From Bacillota bacterium (GTDB lineage: Bacteria; Bacillota; Sulfobacillia; JAIMAT01), in assembly GCA_023511835.1 (NCBI GenBank), contig JAIMAT010000003.1:10933-74932 (forward strand): a stretch of DNA of 64,000 bases. The letters run 5' to 3'. Shown here piece after piece: positions 31,000-44,049 of this stretch. Positions within the stretch are counted from its first letter, which is position 1. Each line of letters opens with the position of its first letter. A model generated the notes under the pieces. It searched no databases and was not told where the DNA came from. It worked only from the letters and a program-made list of their open reading frames with translations. Made by a program: the position numbers and the translations under genes.

Positions 31000-31476
31000 G
31001 TGGCGCGGAGGGAGATCGAGGAGTCGGCCGCGGCGCTGGCCGAGCCTCTCCTGCAGGGGCTCGGCCTTCTGCTCCTGGACGTGGCCTGGCAGAGAGAGAA
31101 CGGGCGGCGCTTCCTCCGTTTCGTCATCGACCGGCCCGGGGGCGGCGTCAGCATGGAGGAGTGCGAGCGCTTCTCCAGGGCCATCGACCCCCGCCTGGAC
31201 GAACTGGGACTGATCGACGAACCGTACTACCTCGAAGTGGCCTCGCCCGGCCTGGACCGGGTGCTGCGGAACGAGCGCGAGTTCGCCTTCTTCCGGGGGC
31301 GGACCGTCCAGGTGCGCTGCTTCGAGCCGCTGGAGGGGGCGCGCAGCCACGTGGGGCGACTGGAGGGCCTGGAGGGGGAGGACGTGCTCCTGGCGGTCCA
31401 GGGGGAGGAGGGCGAGCGCCTCCTCCGCCTTCCCCGCGCCAAGGTGGCACGCGTGCAGTTGAAGGAGGAGAGCTGA
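31000..31476 (+). CDS. rimP: Ribosome maturation factor RimP
   Basis: ...LLLDVAWQRENGRRFLRFVIDRPGGGVSMEECERFSRAIDPRLD...YYLEVASPGLDRVL... GTG at 31000 is preceded by GGAGGTGAGGG. Confidence 0.9.
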   Translation: MARREIEESAAALAEPLLQGLGLLLLDVAWQRENGRRFLRFVIDRPGGGVSMEECERFSRAIDPRLDELGLIDEPYYLEVASPGLDRVLRNEREFAFFRGRTVQVRCFEPLEGARSHVGRLEGLEGEDVLLAVQGEEGERLLRLPRAKVARVQLKEES

Positions 31477-31497
31477 ACTGCTCCAGGAGGGCCCGGC

Positions 31498-32799
31498 ATG
31501 AACCAGGAATTGCTCGAAGCGCTCAACGCTCTGGCGACCGAGCGGGGCATCGACCGGCAGATCCTCATCCAGGCGCTGGAGACGGCGCTCAAGTCGGCCT
31601 ACCGGAAGCACTACGGCACGGCCAGCAACGTGGTGGTGCGCATCGACCCGGAGACGGGCGACTTTCGCGTCGCCAACCAGTTCACGGTGGCCGACCCGGT
31701 GGAGGACCCGGAGACCGAGATCAGCCTGGAGGAGGCGCGCGAGATCGACCCCGCCTACCAGCTGGGCGACGTGGTGGAACGCCCGGTGGAGCCGCGCGAC
31801 TTCGGGCGCATCGCCGCGCAGACCGCCCGCCAGGTGGTCATGCAGCAACTGCGCGAGGCCGAGAGGAACCTGATCTACGAGGAGTTCGCCAGCCGCGAGG
31901 GAGACCTGCTGACGGTGGTGGTCCGCCGCGTGCAGGGCCGCAACGTCTACATCGACCTGGGCCGGACGGAGGCCGTCCTGCTGCCGTCGGAACAGATCCC
32001 GGGCGAGATCTACCGTCCCGGCGACCGTATCCGCGTCTACCTGGCCGAGGTCCGCCAGACGGCCAAAGGGCCCCAGGTCGTCCTCTCCCGCGCCCACCCC
32101 GGACTCCTCAAACGCCTCCTGGAGCTGGAGGTTCCGGAGATCCACGACGGCGTCGTGGAGATCCGTGCCGTCGCACGCGAGGCGGGAGCCCGCGCCAAGG
32201 TGGCGGTCGCCTCGCGCGACCCCAACGTCGACCCGGTGGGCGCCTGCGTGGGCCACCGCGGCATGCGCATCCAGAACGTGGTCAACGAGCTGCACGGCGA
32301 GAAGATCGACGTCATCCGCTGGTCCGACGACCCGGCCGAGTTCGTGGCGGCGGCGCTCAGCCCGGCCCGGGTCAGCCAGGTCCGGATTCACGAGGAGGAG
32401 CGGAGCGCGCGCGTCGTGGTGCCGGACTACCAGCTCTCCCTGGCCATCGGACGCTCCGGCCAGAACGCCCGCCTGGCCGCCAAGCTGACCGGCTACCGCA
32501 TCGACATCCGCAGCGAGTCGCAGCTGGCGGACGAGGCCATGAAGGCGGCCGTCCAGTCGGGCGCCGAGGAGCTGCGCACCTTCGTCAGCGAGGCCGACAT
32601 GCTCCCCTTCGAGCGCGCCTTCCGCCAGGCGCTCAAGGAGCGCCGGGAGCGCGAGGAGCGCCGCAGGCGCCTGCAGGAGGCGGGCGAGCTGAGCGGCGAC
32701 GAGCTGGACTTCGACGACGTCGACCTGCCACCGTTCCCGGAGGCACCCGAGCCCGAACGGCCCGAGCGCTCCGGGGAGGAGGCAGAGGACGACCTCTGA
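31498..32799 (+). CDS. nusA: Transcription termination/antitermination factor NusA
   Basis: MNQELLEALNALATERGIDRQILIQALETALKSAYRK... with S1 and KH domains. Confidence 0.97.
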   Translation: MNQELLEALNALATERGIDRQILIQALETALKSAYRKHYGTASNVVVRIDPETGDFRVANQFTVADPVEDPETEISLEEAREIDPAYQLGDVVERPVEPRDFGRIAAQTARQVVMQQLREAERNLIYEEFASREGDLLTVVVRRVQGRNVYIDLGRTEAVLLPSEQIPGEIYRPGDRIRVYLAEVRQTAKGPQVVLSRAHPGLLKRLLELEVPEIHDGVVEIRAVAREAGARAKVAVASRDPNVDPVGACVGHRGMRIQNVVNELHGEKIDVIRWSDDPAEFVAAALSPARVSQVRIHEEERSARVVVPDYQLSLAIGRSGQNARLAAKLTGYRIDIRSESQLADEAMKAAVQSGAEELRTFVSEADMLPFERAFRQALKERREREERRRRLQEAGELSGDELDFDDVDLPPFPEAPEPERPERSGEEAEDDL

Positions 32800-32860
32800 A
32801 GCCGGGCCCCGCGACGGAGGCCGGACCGGGGACGAAGGGCGGGGACGGGGGACGACGACC

Positions 32861-33154
32861 ATGAACAGGGTGAGGAAGCCGCCCCAGAGGACCTGTATCG
32901 GCTGCGGAGAGACCGGGGGCAAGCGCCAGCTGCTCCGCCTGGTGCGCACCCCCGACGGCGCCATCTGCTTCGATCCCACCGGCAAGCGTGCGGGACGGGG
33001 CGCCTACCTCCACGCCGAAGTGGAGTGCGTGGAGCGGGGGCTGACGCCGGCCCGGCTGGAGCGCGCGCTCCGCCTCCGACCCGCGCCGGAGACGGTGGAG
33101 GCGCTCCGCCGGGAGCTGGAGCCGCTCCTGGCCGGACCGGGGGCGACGCCTTGA
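32861..33154 (+). CDS. ylxR: YlxR/RnpM family (DUF448) RNA-binding protein
   Basis: RTCIGCGETGGKRQLLRLVRTPDG...GRGAYLH. Confidence 0.85.
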   Translation: MNRVRKPPQRTCIGCGETGGKRQLLRLVRTPDGAICFDPTGKRAGRGAYLHAEVECVERGLTPARLERALRLRPAPETVEALRRELEPLLAGPGATP

Positions 33155-33502
33155 GCGCGCTGCCACGGGCCTGGCGCGAGCTCCTGGGACTGGCCATGGC
33201 GGCCGGCCGGGTGGCGTGGGGGCGGCGCGCCGCGCGGGAGGCGCTGCAGGAGGGCCGGGCCGCCCTGATCGTGCTGGCCGAGGACGCGGGACCCGCGGCG
33301 CGGGAACAGGTCAGCCGGGAGGCGGCGCGTGCCGGCGTACCCTGCCTCGTGGCCGGCTGCCGCCTGGAGCTGGGCTCGGCCATCGGCCGGCCGCCCGTGG
33401 GCGTGCTGGCCGTCACCGACCGCCGGCTGGCCGAGACGTTGGAGGACCGATGGAAAGCGGCGAGCGACCCTCACCGGCCGGCTCGCCAGGAGGTGGAGGC
33501 TA

Positions 33503-36181
<2,679 letters not shown>

Positions 36182-36200
36182 GAGCTGGGGGCGTGCGAGG

Positions 36201-37556
36201 GTGGTCTCCAAGACACGCATGGGGCGGGTGGCGGGCGGCCTGGAGCGGGAGCTGAGCGCCATCCTGCGCGAGCTGAAGGATCCCAGGATCGGCTTCGTCT
36301 CCATCACCGGCGTCGAGGTCAGCCCCGACCTCCGCCACGCGCGCGTCTACGTCAGCGTGCTGGGCGGCCCCGAGGCGGAGGCCGCCACCCTGGAGGGGCT
36401 GCGCAGCTCGCAGGGCTACCTCCGCGGCGAGGTGACGCGGCGCCTTCGCCTGCGCCTGGCGCCGGAGCTGGAGTGGGTGCCGGACCACAGCATCGAGCGG
36501 GGCGTCCGCATCTCCAAGCTGATCCGCGACGTGCGCGAGGCGGAAGAGCGGGCCCACGAGGGGCGGGAGGCGGTGGCCCGCCTCCTCGGCGCCGCGCAGA
36601 GCCTGCTCCTGGCGGTTCACGTCCGGCCCGACGGCGACGCGGTGGGATCGGCGCTGGGGCTCGGCCTGGCCCTGGAGCGGGCGGGGAAGCGGGTGCGCTT
36701 CCTGGTGGACGGCGGCATCCCGCGCTACCTGGCCTGGCTGCCGGGCGCCGGGCGCTTCGAGCCGCCGGCGCCGCTGGAGGAGAGCCCGGACGCGGCGGTG
36801 CTGCTGGACTGCGGCGACCTGGAGCGGGTGGGCCAGGTGCGGCCGCTCCTGGAGCAGGCGCGCGAGGTGGTCAACATCGACCACCACCCCTCCAACACCC
36901 GCTACGGCAGCACCCGCTGGATCGAGCCGGGGGCGGCGGCCGTGGGCGAGCAGGTGCTGGACCTGCTGGACGAGCTGGGACTGGAGCCGGACGAGGCGGT
37001 GGCCACGGCGCTCTTCGCCTCCATCGCCAGCGACACGGGCGGTTTCCGCTACTCCAACACCACCGCCTCCACGCTGGAGCGGGCGGCGCGCCTGGTGCGG
37101 GCGGGGGCGCGGCCCGACGAGATCGCGCGACGGCTCTGGGAGGAGAGGACGCCCGGCTCGCTCCGCCTGCTGGGGCGGGTGCTGGAGGGCCTGGAGGTCC
37201 TGGCGGGCGGCCGCTTCGCGCGGGTGCGCGTGCCGGCGCGGCTGCTCGAGGAGGCGGGGGCGGCCGAGGAGGACGTGGAGGGGCTGGTCAACTACCCGCG
37301 CAGCCTCCAGGGCGTCGAGGCGGCCGCCCTCTTCCAGGAGGTCCGCCTGGAAGGGCGGCCGGCCGTCCGGGTCAGCCTCCGCTCCAACCGCTGGCTGGAC
37401 GTCTCCGCGGTGGCCGTCCGCTTCGGCGGCGGCGGCCACGGGCGGGCGGCCGGCTGCACGGTGGAGGGGAGCCTGGACGAGGTGGTGGCAGAGGTGAGCC
37501 GCGCCGTGGAAGAGGCGCTGGCCGCCGGCCCCGAGGCGGGAGGCGGGGAGGCGTGA
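36201..37556 (+). CDS. rbfA: In-frame fusion of ribosome-binding factor A (N-terminal ~125 aa) and DHH-family NrnA oligoribonuclease/pAp phosphatase (C-terminal ~325 aa)
   Basis: RbfA part: [45 protein letters not shown]...[18 protein letters not shown]. NrnA part: [11 protein letters not shown] (DHH), [23 protein letters not shown] (DHHA1). No stop codon lies between the two parts. Confidence 0.8.
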   Translation: MVSKTRMGRVAGGLERELSAILRELKDPRIGFVSITGVEVSPDLRHARVYVSVLGGPEAEAATLEGLRSSQGYLRGEVTRRLRLRLAPELEWVPDHSIERGVRISKLIRDVREAEERAHEGREAVARLLGAAQSLLLAVHVRPDGDAVGSALGLGLALERAGKRVRFLVDGGIPRYLAWLPGAGRFEPPAPLEESPDAAVLLDCGDLERVGQVRPLLEQAREVVNIDHHPSNTRYGSTRWIEPGAAAVGEQVLDLLDELGLEPDEAVATALFASIASDTGGFRYSNTTASTLERAARLVRAGARPDEIARRLWEERTPGSLRLLGRVLEGLEVLAGGRFARVRVPARLLEEAGAAEEDVEGLVNYPRSLQGVEAAALFQEVRLEGRPAVRVSLRSNRWLDVSAVAVRFGGGGHGRAAGCTVEGSLDEVVAEVSRAVEEALAAGPEAGGGEA

Positions 37557-38530
37557 GGGTCGCGGGAGAAGAGGCGACCGGACCCGCGCGCCGCGCCGAG
37601 GGAGGGCTCCTGTCCGTCCTCAAGGCGCCCGGCCCTACCTCGCAGCAGCTGGTCAACCGCATACGAAGGCTCTTCGGCGAGCGGCGCGTCGGCCACGCCG
37701 GCACCCTCGACCCGGCGGCCGCCGGGCTGATGCTGGTGGGCGTGGGACGGGGGACGCGCCTCCTGGCCTACCTGCTGGGCGGGGAGAAGCGCTACCTCTT
37801 CTGGTGCCGCTTCGGCCTTCGCACCGAGACGGGCGACGCGGAGGGCAGGCGGCTGGAGAGGACTTCCGCCTCGCACTTGAGCGCGGGCGACGTGGAGGCC
37901 CTGCTGCCGCGCTTCCAGGGCCGCGTCCGGCTGCCGGTGCCGATCTACTCGGCCGCGCACGTCCAGGGCGAGCGGGCCTACCGGCTTGCCCGCCAGGGCC
38001 GGACGGTGCATATGCCGGAGCGCGAGGTGCACATCGAAAGCCTCGTCTTGCGCGGGTGGGAGGAGGGGGAGCAGCCGGCCGCGCTGCTCGACCTGCGCTG
38101 CTCGGCGGGCACCTACGTCCGTTCGCTCTGCGCGCGCCTGGGCGAGGAGGCGGGCACCGGCGCCGTCCTCGATTCGCTCCTGCGCGTCGAGGTGGGCGGC
38201 CACCGGCTGGAGTCGGCCTGGACGCTGGAGGAGCTGGAGGATCTCCGCCCGACGGAGCGCTGGGAGGCGCTCTTGCCGCCGGGGCGCGCGCTGCCGGAGC
38301 TGCCCCGGGTGACGGTCGACCGCATCGACGCCCGGCGTCTGCGCCACGGCCAGCCCATCCGCCTGCCACGGCTCGTGGTGCCCGGCGACCCGCCGCCGGA
38401 ACGGCTGCAGGTGGAGACGCGCGACGCCTGGGTGGGCGTGGTGCGGCCGCGTCCGGAGGGCTCGGCCTGGCTGGTCTGCCGGCCGGAGATGATCTGGCGG
38501 GCGGAGGAGGGCTGGCGTGCGACGCTCTGA
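37553..38530 (+). CDS. truB: tRNA pseudouridine(55) synthase TruB
   Basis: [55 protein letters not shown] start overlaps the stop of the preceding gene. Confidence 0.9.
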   Translation: MRVAGEEATGPARRAEGGLLSVLKAPGPTSQQLVNRIRRLFGERRVGHAGTLDPAAAGLMLVGVGRGTRLLAYLLGGEKRYLFWCRFGLRTETGDAEGRRLERTSASHLSAGDVEALLPRFQGRVRLPVPIYSAAHVQGERAYRLARQGRTVHMPEREVHIESLVLRGWEEGEQPAALLDLRCSAGTYVRSLCARLGEEAGTGAVLDSLLRVEVGGHRLESAWTLEELEDLRPTERWEALLPPGRALPELPRVTVDRIDARRLRHGQPIRLPRLVVPGDPPPERLQVETRDAWVGVVRPRPEGSAWLVCRPEMIWRAEEGWRATL

Positions 38531-39482
38531 CCGCCTGGAGGAGTTCGCCGCGCGCCGGGCGCGGGTGGCCATCGGCACCTTCGACGGCGTCCACCTGGGC
38601 CACCGGGAACTGATCCGGCGGGCCGTGGAACGGGCGCGGGAAGAGGGTGGCGAGGCCGTGGCGCTCACCTTCTGGCCGCACCCGGCGCAGGTCCTGGCGC
38701 CGGCCGGGGCGCCCAGGCTCCTCACCGGCCGGGAGGAGCGGGCGCGGCGCATCGCCTCGCTGGGCGTGGACGCGCTCTTCGAGATCCCCTTCTCGCCCGG
38801 GGTGGCTTCCTGGCCGGCCGAGCGCTTCGTGCGCGAGCTGCTGGCGGCCCGGCTGGACGTGCGCACGGTGGTCGTCGGCTACAACTTCACCTTCGGCCGC
38901 GGCGCCGAGGGGCGGCCCGAGACGCTGCGCCGGCTGGGGGGAGAGCTGGGCTTCGAGACGGTGGTGGTGGAGCCGGTCTGCGAGGGCGGGCGGCCCGTCT
39001 CCTCCTCGCGCATTCGCGCCCTGGTGGCCGCCGGCGAGGTGGCCGAGGCCGGCCGCCTCCTGGGCGCGCCCTTCCGCCTGGAGGGGCGCGTGGTGCCGGG
39101 CGACCGGCGCGGCCGGCAGCTGGGCTTCCCCACCGCCAACCTGGACGTGCCGGAGGAGCTGCTGCGGCCGGCCCGGGGCGTCTACGCGGCCTGGGCGGAG
39201 TGGCAGCCGGCGGAGGCGCCCGGCGGGGCGCGGGCGAGGGAGGGGAGGCCGGTGCGCCGGGCGCCGGCGGTGGTCAACGTCGGCATCCGGCCCACTTTCG
39301 ACGGCCGTCGCGAGGTGGTGGAGGCGCACCTCCCGGGGATCGAGGAGGATCTCTACGGCGTCCGGCTCTCCCTGGACCTGGTGGAGCGGCTCCGGGAGGA
39401 GCGGCGCTTCGCCGGGGCGGAGGAGCTTCGCCGCCAGATCGCCGAGGACGTCCAAGCAGCCCGGCGACGGCTCGCGTGGTAG
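38517..39482 (+). CDS. ribF: Bifunctional riboflavin kinase / FMN adenylyltransferase
   Basis: VAIGTFDGVHLGHRELI...GYNFTFG...GFPTANLDVP... Confidence 0.93.
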   Translation: MRRSDRLEEFAARRARVAIGTFDGVHLGHRELIRRAVERAREEGGEAVALTFWPHPAQVLAPAGAPRLLTGREERARRIASLGVDALFEIPFSPGVASWPAERFVRELLAARLDVRTVVVGYNFTFGRGAEGRPETLRRLGGELGFETVVVEPVCEGGRPVSSSRIRALVAAGEVAEAGRLLGAPFRLEGRVVPGDRRGRQLGFPTANLDVPEELLRPARGVYAAWAEWQPAEAPGGARAREGRPVRRAPAVVNVGIRPTFDGRREVVEAHLPGIEEDLYGVRLSLDLVERLREERRFAGAEELRRQIAEDVQAARRRLAW

Positions 39483-39598
39483 AATAACCGCGGTTTTCAG
39501 GCCCCGGCCCGGAATGGCGAGCGACCTCCCGGCGCATCCCTGGCCGCGGGCGACGATCGGCGCCCGCCGGGCGCCCCGCGAGGGAGGCTGGAGGCAGC

Positions 39599-39871
39599 AT
39601 GTCCCTGGAACAGTCCGTCAAGAGGAGCATCATCGAGAGCTATGCCCGTCACCCCCAGGACACCGGCTCCACCGAGGTGCAGGTGGCCATCCTGACTCGG
39701 CGGATCAACGACCTGACCGAGCACCTGCGGGCCCACCCCAAGGATCACCACTCGCGGCGCGGACTCCTGAAGATGGTGGGCAAGCGCCGGCGGTTGCTCA
39801 ACTACCTGGAGCGGGAGGACCCGAAGCGGTACGCGGAAGTGACCAGGAGCCTCGGGATCCGGACCCGTTAG
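39599..39871 (+). CDS. rpsO: 30S ribosomal protein S15
   Basis: [46 protein letters not shown]... Confidence 0.97.
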   Translation: MSLEQSVKRSIIESYARHPQDTGSTEVQVAILTRRINDLTEHLRAHPKDHHSRRGLLKMVGKRRRLLNYLEREDPKRYAEVTRSLGIRTR

Positions 39872-39876
39872 GCGGC

Positions 39877-39896
39877 GGCGGGGGACCTCCCCCGCC
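39877..39896 (+). promoter_or_regulatory. GC stem-loop in the rpsO-pnp intergenic region (rpsO terminator or pnp leader processing hairpin)
   Basis: GGCGGGGG-acct-CCCCCGCC, an 8-bp perfect stem, sits immediately after the rpsO TAG. It is followed by an SD sequence and the pnp start about 25 nt later, with no T-tract. Confidence 0.45.
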
Positions 39897-39923
39897 CCGC
39901 GCGTGCAGAGAGGAGGTCACTGT

Positions 39924-42185
39924 TTGGAGAAGCGGGTCTTCAGCACCACCCTGGCCGGGCGGCCCCTCAGCGTGGAAATCGGCGAGGTGGCCCGGCAGGC
40001 CAACGGCGCCTGCCTGGTCCGGTACGGGGATACCGTGGTCCTGGTGACCGCGGTGATGTCCAAGGAGACGCGGGAGGGGATCGACTTCTTCCCCCTGCGC
40101 GTCGACTTCGAGGAGCGCCAGTACGCCGCCGGGCGCATCCCGGGCAGCTTCTTCCGGCGCGAGGGGCGGCCCAGCGAGCGGGCGGTCCTCTCGGCGCGGC
40201 TGATGGACCGGCCCATCCGGCCGCTCTTCCCCAAGGGGCTGACCAACGAGGTGCAGGTGGTCTGCACCGTCCTCTCCTTCGACGGGGACAACCAGCCGGA
40301 CATCCTGGGTATCCTCGGCGAGAGCATCGCCCTCTCCATCTCCGACATCCCCTTCGACGGGCCCATCGCCGGCGTCACGGTGGGCATGGTGGACGGCAAC
40401 TTCGTCCTCAACCCGACGCTGGAGCAGTACCAGCGCTCGCGCCTGGACCTGACCGTGGCCGGCACCCGCGAGGCGGTCATCATGGTCGAGGGGAACGCCG
40501 ACGAGCTGCCCGAGGAAGACATCCTGGCGGCGATGGACTTCGCCCACCGGGCCATCCGCCAGCTGATCGAGTGGCAGGACGGCATCGTCGCCGAGCTGGG
40601 GCGGCCCAAGTTCGCCTTCACGCCGGTGGCGGTGCCCGAGGAGCTGGAGCAGGCCGTCCGCGCCGAGGCGACGGCGGTGCTGCGCGAGACGCTGCTCAAC
40701 CCGGACAAGCTGGCGCGCGAGGAGGCGCTGGCCCAGGCCAAGGAGCAGCTGAAGAACGCCCTGCTGGAGCGCTTCCCGGAGCAGGAGAAGGCCGTGGCCA
40801 CGGTGCTCGACGCCATCGAGCGCGAGCAGCTGCGGCGCATGATCCTGGACGAGAAGATCCGCCCCGACGGGCGCAGACCCGACGAGATCCGGCCGGTCAG
40901 CTGCCGCGTCGGCCTCCTGCCGCGCACGCACGGCTCGGCCCTCTTCACCCGCGGGCAGACGCAGGCGCTGACCGTGGCCGCGCTGGGTGCGCTGGAGGAC
41001 CGCCAGTTCCTGGACTCCATCGGCGAGCCGGAGGAGTACAAGCGCTACCTGCACCACTACAACTTCCCGCCCTACTCCACCGGCGAGGTGCGGCCGCTGC
41101 GCGCGCCCGGCCGGCGCGAGATCGGCCACGGCCGCCTCGCGGAGATGGCGCTTCAGCGGATGATCCCGCCCGAGGAAGAGTTCCCCTACACCATCCGTCT
41201 GGTCTCCGAGATCCTGGAGTCCAACGGCTCCTCCTCCATGGCCTCGGTCTGCGGCAGCACGCTGGCGCTGATGGACGCCGGCGTCCCCATTCGCGAACCG
41301 GTGGCGGGCATCGCCATGGGCCTGATCAGCGAGGGCGACCAAGTGGAGGTCCTCTCGGACATCCAGGGCATCGAGGACCACCTGGGCGACATGGACTTCA
41401 AGGTGGCGGGCACGCGGAACGGCATCACCGCCATGCAGCTGGACGCCAAGATCGAGGGCGTGGACCGCGTGATCCTGGCGCGCGCGCTGGAGCAGGCCCG
41501 CCGGGGACGGCTCTTCATCCTGGGCAAGATGCTGGAGGCCATCGACAAGCCGCGCCCCGAGCTCTCGCCCTACGCGCCGCGCATCCTGACGCTGCAGATC
41601 AACCCCGACCGCATCCGCGACGTCATCGGTCCCGGCGGCCGGACCATCAACCGCATCGTCCAGGAGACCGGCGCCAAGATCGACGTGGAGGAGAGCGGCA
41701 AGATCTATGTGGCCACGCCGGACCTGGCGGCGGCGGAGCGGGCGGTGGCCATGATCCGCGAGCTGACGCACGAGGTGGAACCGGGCGAGGTCTACCTGGG
41801 CAAGGTGGTCCGCCTGACCAACTTCGGCGCCTTCGTGGAGCTTTTCCCGGGCAAGGACGGCCTCGTCCACATCTCGCAGCTGGGTGCGGGCCCCGAGCGG
41901 ACGGCCCGGGTGGAGGACGTGGTCTCGCTGGGCGACCGGATCCTGGTCAAGGTGACCGAGATCGACGAGCTGGGCAGGGTCAACCTCTCCCGTCGCGACG
42001 CGCTGCGCCAGTTCCCCGAGCGCGCCGCCGAAGAGGAGGTGCATCCGAAGGTCGCCCCCGCCGACCACCGGGCTTCGGGCAAGCCGGCGCCCGGTCGGGG
42101 CGGCGAGGCGCGGGACGGGCAGGCGGCGCAGCCGGAGGGCGAGCGCCCGCCGCGCCACCGCTCGCGTCACGGGCACCGACGCTGA
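39924..42185 (+). CDS. pnp: Polyribonucleotide nucleotidyltransferase (PNPase)
   Basis: Two RNase PH domains plus KH and S1 domains. TTG at 39924 is preceded by AGGAGG. ...[14 protein letters not shown]... Confidence 0.97.
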   Translation: MEKRVFSTTLAGRPLSVEIGEVARQANGACLVRYGDTVVLVTAVMSKETREGIDFFPLRVDFEERQYAAGRIPGSFFRREGRPSERAVLSARLMDRPIRPLFPKGLTNEVQVVCTVLSFDGDNQPDILGILGESIALSISDIPFDGPIAGVTVGMVDGNFVLNPTLEQYQRSRLDLTVAGTREAVIMVEGNADELPEEDILAAMDFAHRAIRQLIEWQDGIVAELGRPKFAFTPVAVPEELEQAVRAEATAVLRETLLNPDKLAREEALAQAKEQLKNALLERFPEQEKAVATVLDAIEREQLRRMILDEKIRPDGRRPDEIRPVSCRVGLLPRTHGSALFTRGQTQALTVAALGALEDRQFLDSIGEPEEYKRYLHHYNFPPYSTGEVRPLRAPGRREIGHGRLAEMALQRMIPPEEEFPYTIRLVSEILESNGSSSMASVCGSTLALMDAGVPIREPVAGIAMGLISEGDQVEVLSDIQGIEDHLGDMDFKVAGTRNGITAMQLDAKIEGVDRVILARALEQARRGRLFILGKMLEAIDKPRPELSPYAPRILTLQINPDRIRDVIGPGGRTINRIVQETGAKIDVEESGKIYVATPDLAAAERAVAMIRELTHEVEPGEVYLGKVVRLTNFGAFVELFPGKDGLVHISQLGAGPERTARVEDVVSLGDRILVKVTEIDELGRVNLSRRDALRQFPERAAEEEVHPKVAPADHRASGKPAPGRGGEARDGQAAQPEGERPPRHRSRHGHRR

Positions 42186-42470
42186 GAGAGGGACGGAGAG
42201 TAACCGCTGGAGGCCCGCTCCGTCGCACGGCCGGGCGGGTACCACGAGGAGAGCTTCCTACCGGATCACGCTGGCGGAGCACGGGGGAAGCTTTTTTCAT
42301 GCCTGTCCCGCGCCACCCGCCGCCTGCTGCCGTCATAGCCGGGGACAGCCTGGGCATAGCGGTGGAGCGGAGGCGAAGGGGCGCTGGCCGGCTGGAGGGG
42401 GCTGGCAGGAGGCGGAGGAAGCGCGCGGGAACGACGCCGGGCCTGGTTCCTCGTTCTGGCGCTGCTCCTG

Positions 42471-43274
42471 GTGCTGGCCGCCGGCGGGGCGGTGCCGCGG
42501 GTGGAGCGCCTGCTCTTCGGCGTCCGCCCCGGTGTCACGCTGGATGGGAAGCCCATGGGCGGGCTCCTGCCGGGCGAGGTGCGCGCGCGCGTCCAGGCCA
42601 TGGCCCGCGCGGCCTACCGGCCGCCGCGCAACGCGCGCGTGGAGCCGGGTAGCGGGCGGATCCTGCCCGAGCAGGCGGGCGAGCAGGTGGACGTCGCCGC
42701 CACCGTGCGCGCCGTCCTGGACGCGCGGGCCGGGGCGCGGCTCCGCTCGGTCCGCCTGCCCGTCGAGCCGCGCATCACCGCCCGCCTCCTCCGCTCCATG
42801 ACGCGCCAGCTGGGGAGCTACCGGACCTGGCTCGAAGGCAGCTGGGAGCGGGTGCACAACATCGAGGTGGGCGCGGCCGCCCTGGACAACTCGCTGGTCC
42901 TGCCGGGCGAGGTCTTCTCCTTCTGGAGGGCGCTGGGTGAGCCGACGCGGGCCCGCGGCTACCTGGAGGCGCCGGTCATCTCGGGCGAGGCCTTCGTGCC
43001 CGGCGTCGGCGGCGGGCTCTGCCAGGTCTCCTCGACGCTCTACAACGCCGTGCTGGACGCCGGCCTCGAGGTGGTGGAGCGGCACGGTCACAGCCTGGCC
43101 GTCGACTACGTCCCGCCGGGCCGCGACGCCACCGTGGCCTGGGATATGCTGGACTTCCGCTTCCGCAACGACAGCGACGGGCCGGTCCTCGTCCGGGCGC
43201 GGATCGAGGGCTGGCAGTTGCACGTATGGATCCTGGCGCCGGCGCAGGCGCCGCACGCCGGTGCGGCGAACTAG
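42471..43274 (+). CDS. VanW-family protein (N-terminal region and start unresolved)
   Basis: The VanW domain runs through ...GGGLCQVSSTLYNAVLDAGLEVVERHGHS.... A TM segment (AWFLVLALLLVLAAGG) is encoded in frame upstream of the first GTG at 42471, with no canonical start after the in-frame stop at 42357-42359. An ATG at 42299 lies in a different frame. Confidence 0.7.
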   Translation: MLAAGGAVPRVERLLFGVRPGVTLDGKPMGGLLPGEVRARVQAMARAAYRPPRNARVEPGSGRILPEQAGEQVDVAATVRAVLDARAGARLRSVRLPVEPRITARLLRSMTRQLGSYRTWLEGSWERVHNIEVGAAALDNSLVLPGEVFSFWRALGEPTRARGYLEAPVISGEAFVPGVGGGLCQVSSTLYNAVLDAGLEVVERHGHSLAVDYVPPGRDATVAWDMLDFRFRNDSDGPVLVRARIEGWQLHVWILAPAQAPHAGAAN

Positions 43275-43297
43275 GCGCCGTCCGGGGGTGGGAAGCG

Positions 43298-43708
43298 TTG
43301 GCGGAGGCGGAGCGGGTTCACGACCGCCTGGCGGACATCTTTCTGCGCCAGGCGGAGCTGGACGAGGAGATCGCCCGGCTGCGCGGCCTCGACTTCCCCG
43401 CCGAGGTCTGGGCGGAGAAGCTGAGCCTGGCGCTGACCGCCGAGCTGTTCGAGGTGCTGGAGGCGCTCAACTTCAAGTGGTGGAAGAACCCGGAACCCGT
43501 CCAGGCGGAGGCGGTGCGGGAGGAGCTGGCCGACGTCCTCCACTTCTTCGTCAGCCTCTGCCTCCATCTGGGCGTCGGCCCGGAGGAGCTCTATGAGGCC
43601 TACGTGCGCAAGCAGCGCGAGAACCTGGCACGGCAGCGCGGCCGTTCCAGCCGGCCGGGTTACGCCGTACGCGAGCGGGACGGAGGTGGGGCGGATGCTC
43701 TGGAGTGA
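43298..43708 (+). CDS. Dimeric all-alpha dUTPase-like (dUTPase_2 / MazG-like NTP pyrophosphohydrolase)
   Basis: LTAELFEVLEALNFKWWKNPEPVQAEAVREELADVLHFFVSLCLHLGVGPEELYEAYVRKQ. TTG start at 43298. Confidence 0.7.
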   Translation: MAEAERVHDRLADIFLRQAELDEEIARLRGLDFPAEVWAEKLSLALTAELFEVLEALNFKWWKNPEPVQAEAVREELADVLHFFVSLCLHLGVGPEELYEAYVRKQRENLARQRGRSSRPGYAVRERDGGGADALE

Positions 43709-43940
43709 CCTCGAAGGCAAGGAGATCGTCAACCTGCGCGACGGCGAGAAGCTGGGCCGCATGTCGGACGCGGACCTGATCATCGACCCGGCCACGGGGG
43801 AGATCCACGCGCTGGCGGTGGAGGGCGGCTGGCGCCTCCTCGGCGGCCGCAGCGTCTGGGAGATCCCCTGGTCGAGCGTCCGTCGTATCGGTAGCGAGGT
43901 GGTCATCGTCGACGTCGACCCCGCCACGGTCCGGCTCTGA
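43695..43940 (+). CDS. ymxH: YlmC/YmxH family PRC-barrel sporulation protein
   Basis: MLWSDLEGKEIVNLRDGEKLGRMSDADLIIDPATGEIHALAV..., an 81-aa protein. ATG is preceded by GGAGGTGGGG. Confidence 0.8.
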   Translation: MLWSDLEGKEIVNLRDGEKLGRMSDADLIIDPATGEIHALAVEGGWRLLGGRSVWEIPWSSVRRIGSEVVIVDVDPATVRL

Positions 43941-44049
43941 CGGGCGCGGCCGGGCCCTGGCAGGATCGGGCATCGCGCCTCTCCCTCCGCGCGGCGGGCC
44001 GCCGGGAATACTAGCGGCGGCAGTCAGGTTGGCCTGGGAGGGTTGTGCG

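Noticed and set aside
36473-38530. 685-aa plus-strand ORF
   Set aside because: Only the C-terminal part from the GTG at 37553 (truB) is real. The rest is an alternate frame of rbfA-nrnA.
39798-42245. 815-aa minus-strand ORF antisense to pnp
   Set aside because: Artefact. PNPase on the plus strand is unambiguous.
43941-44049. Sigma-B-like promoter (GGGAAT) upstream of the YflT-like stress protein gene
   Set aside because: A GGGWAW-like -10 is present (GGGAAT at about 44003). No GTTTAA-like -35 lies at the right spacing, so the call is too weak.
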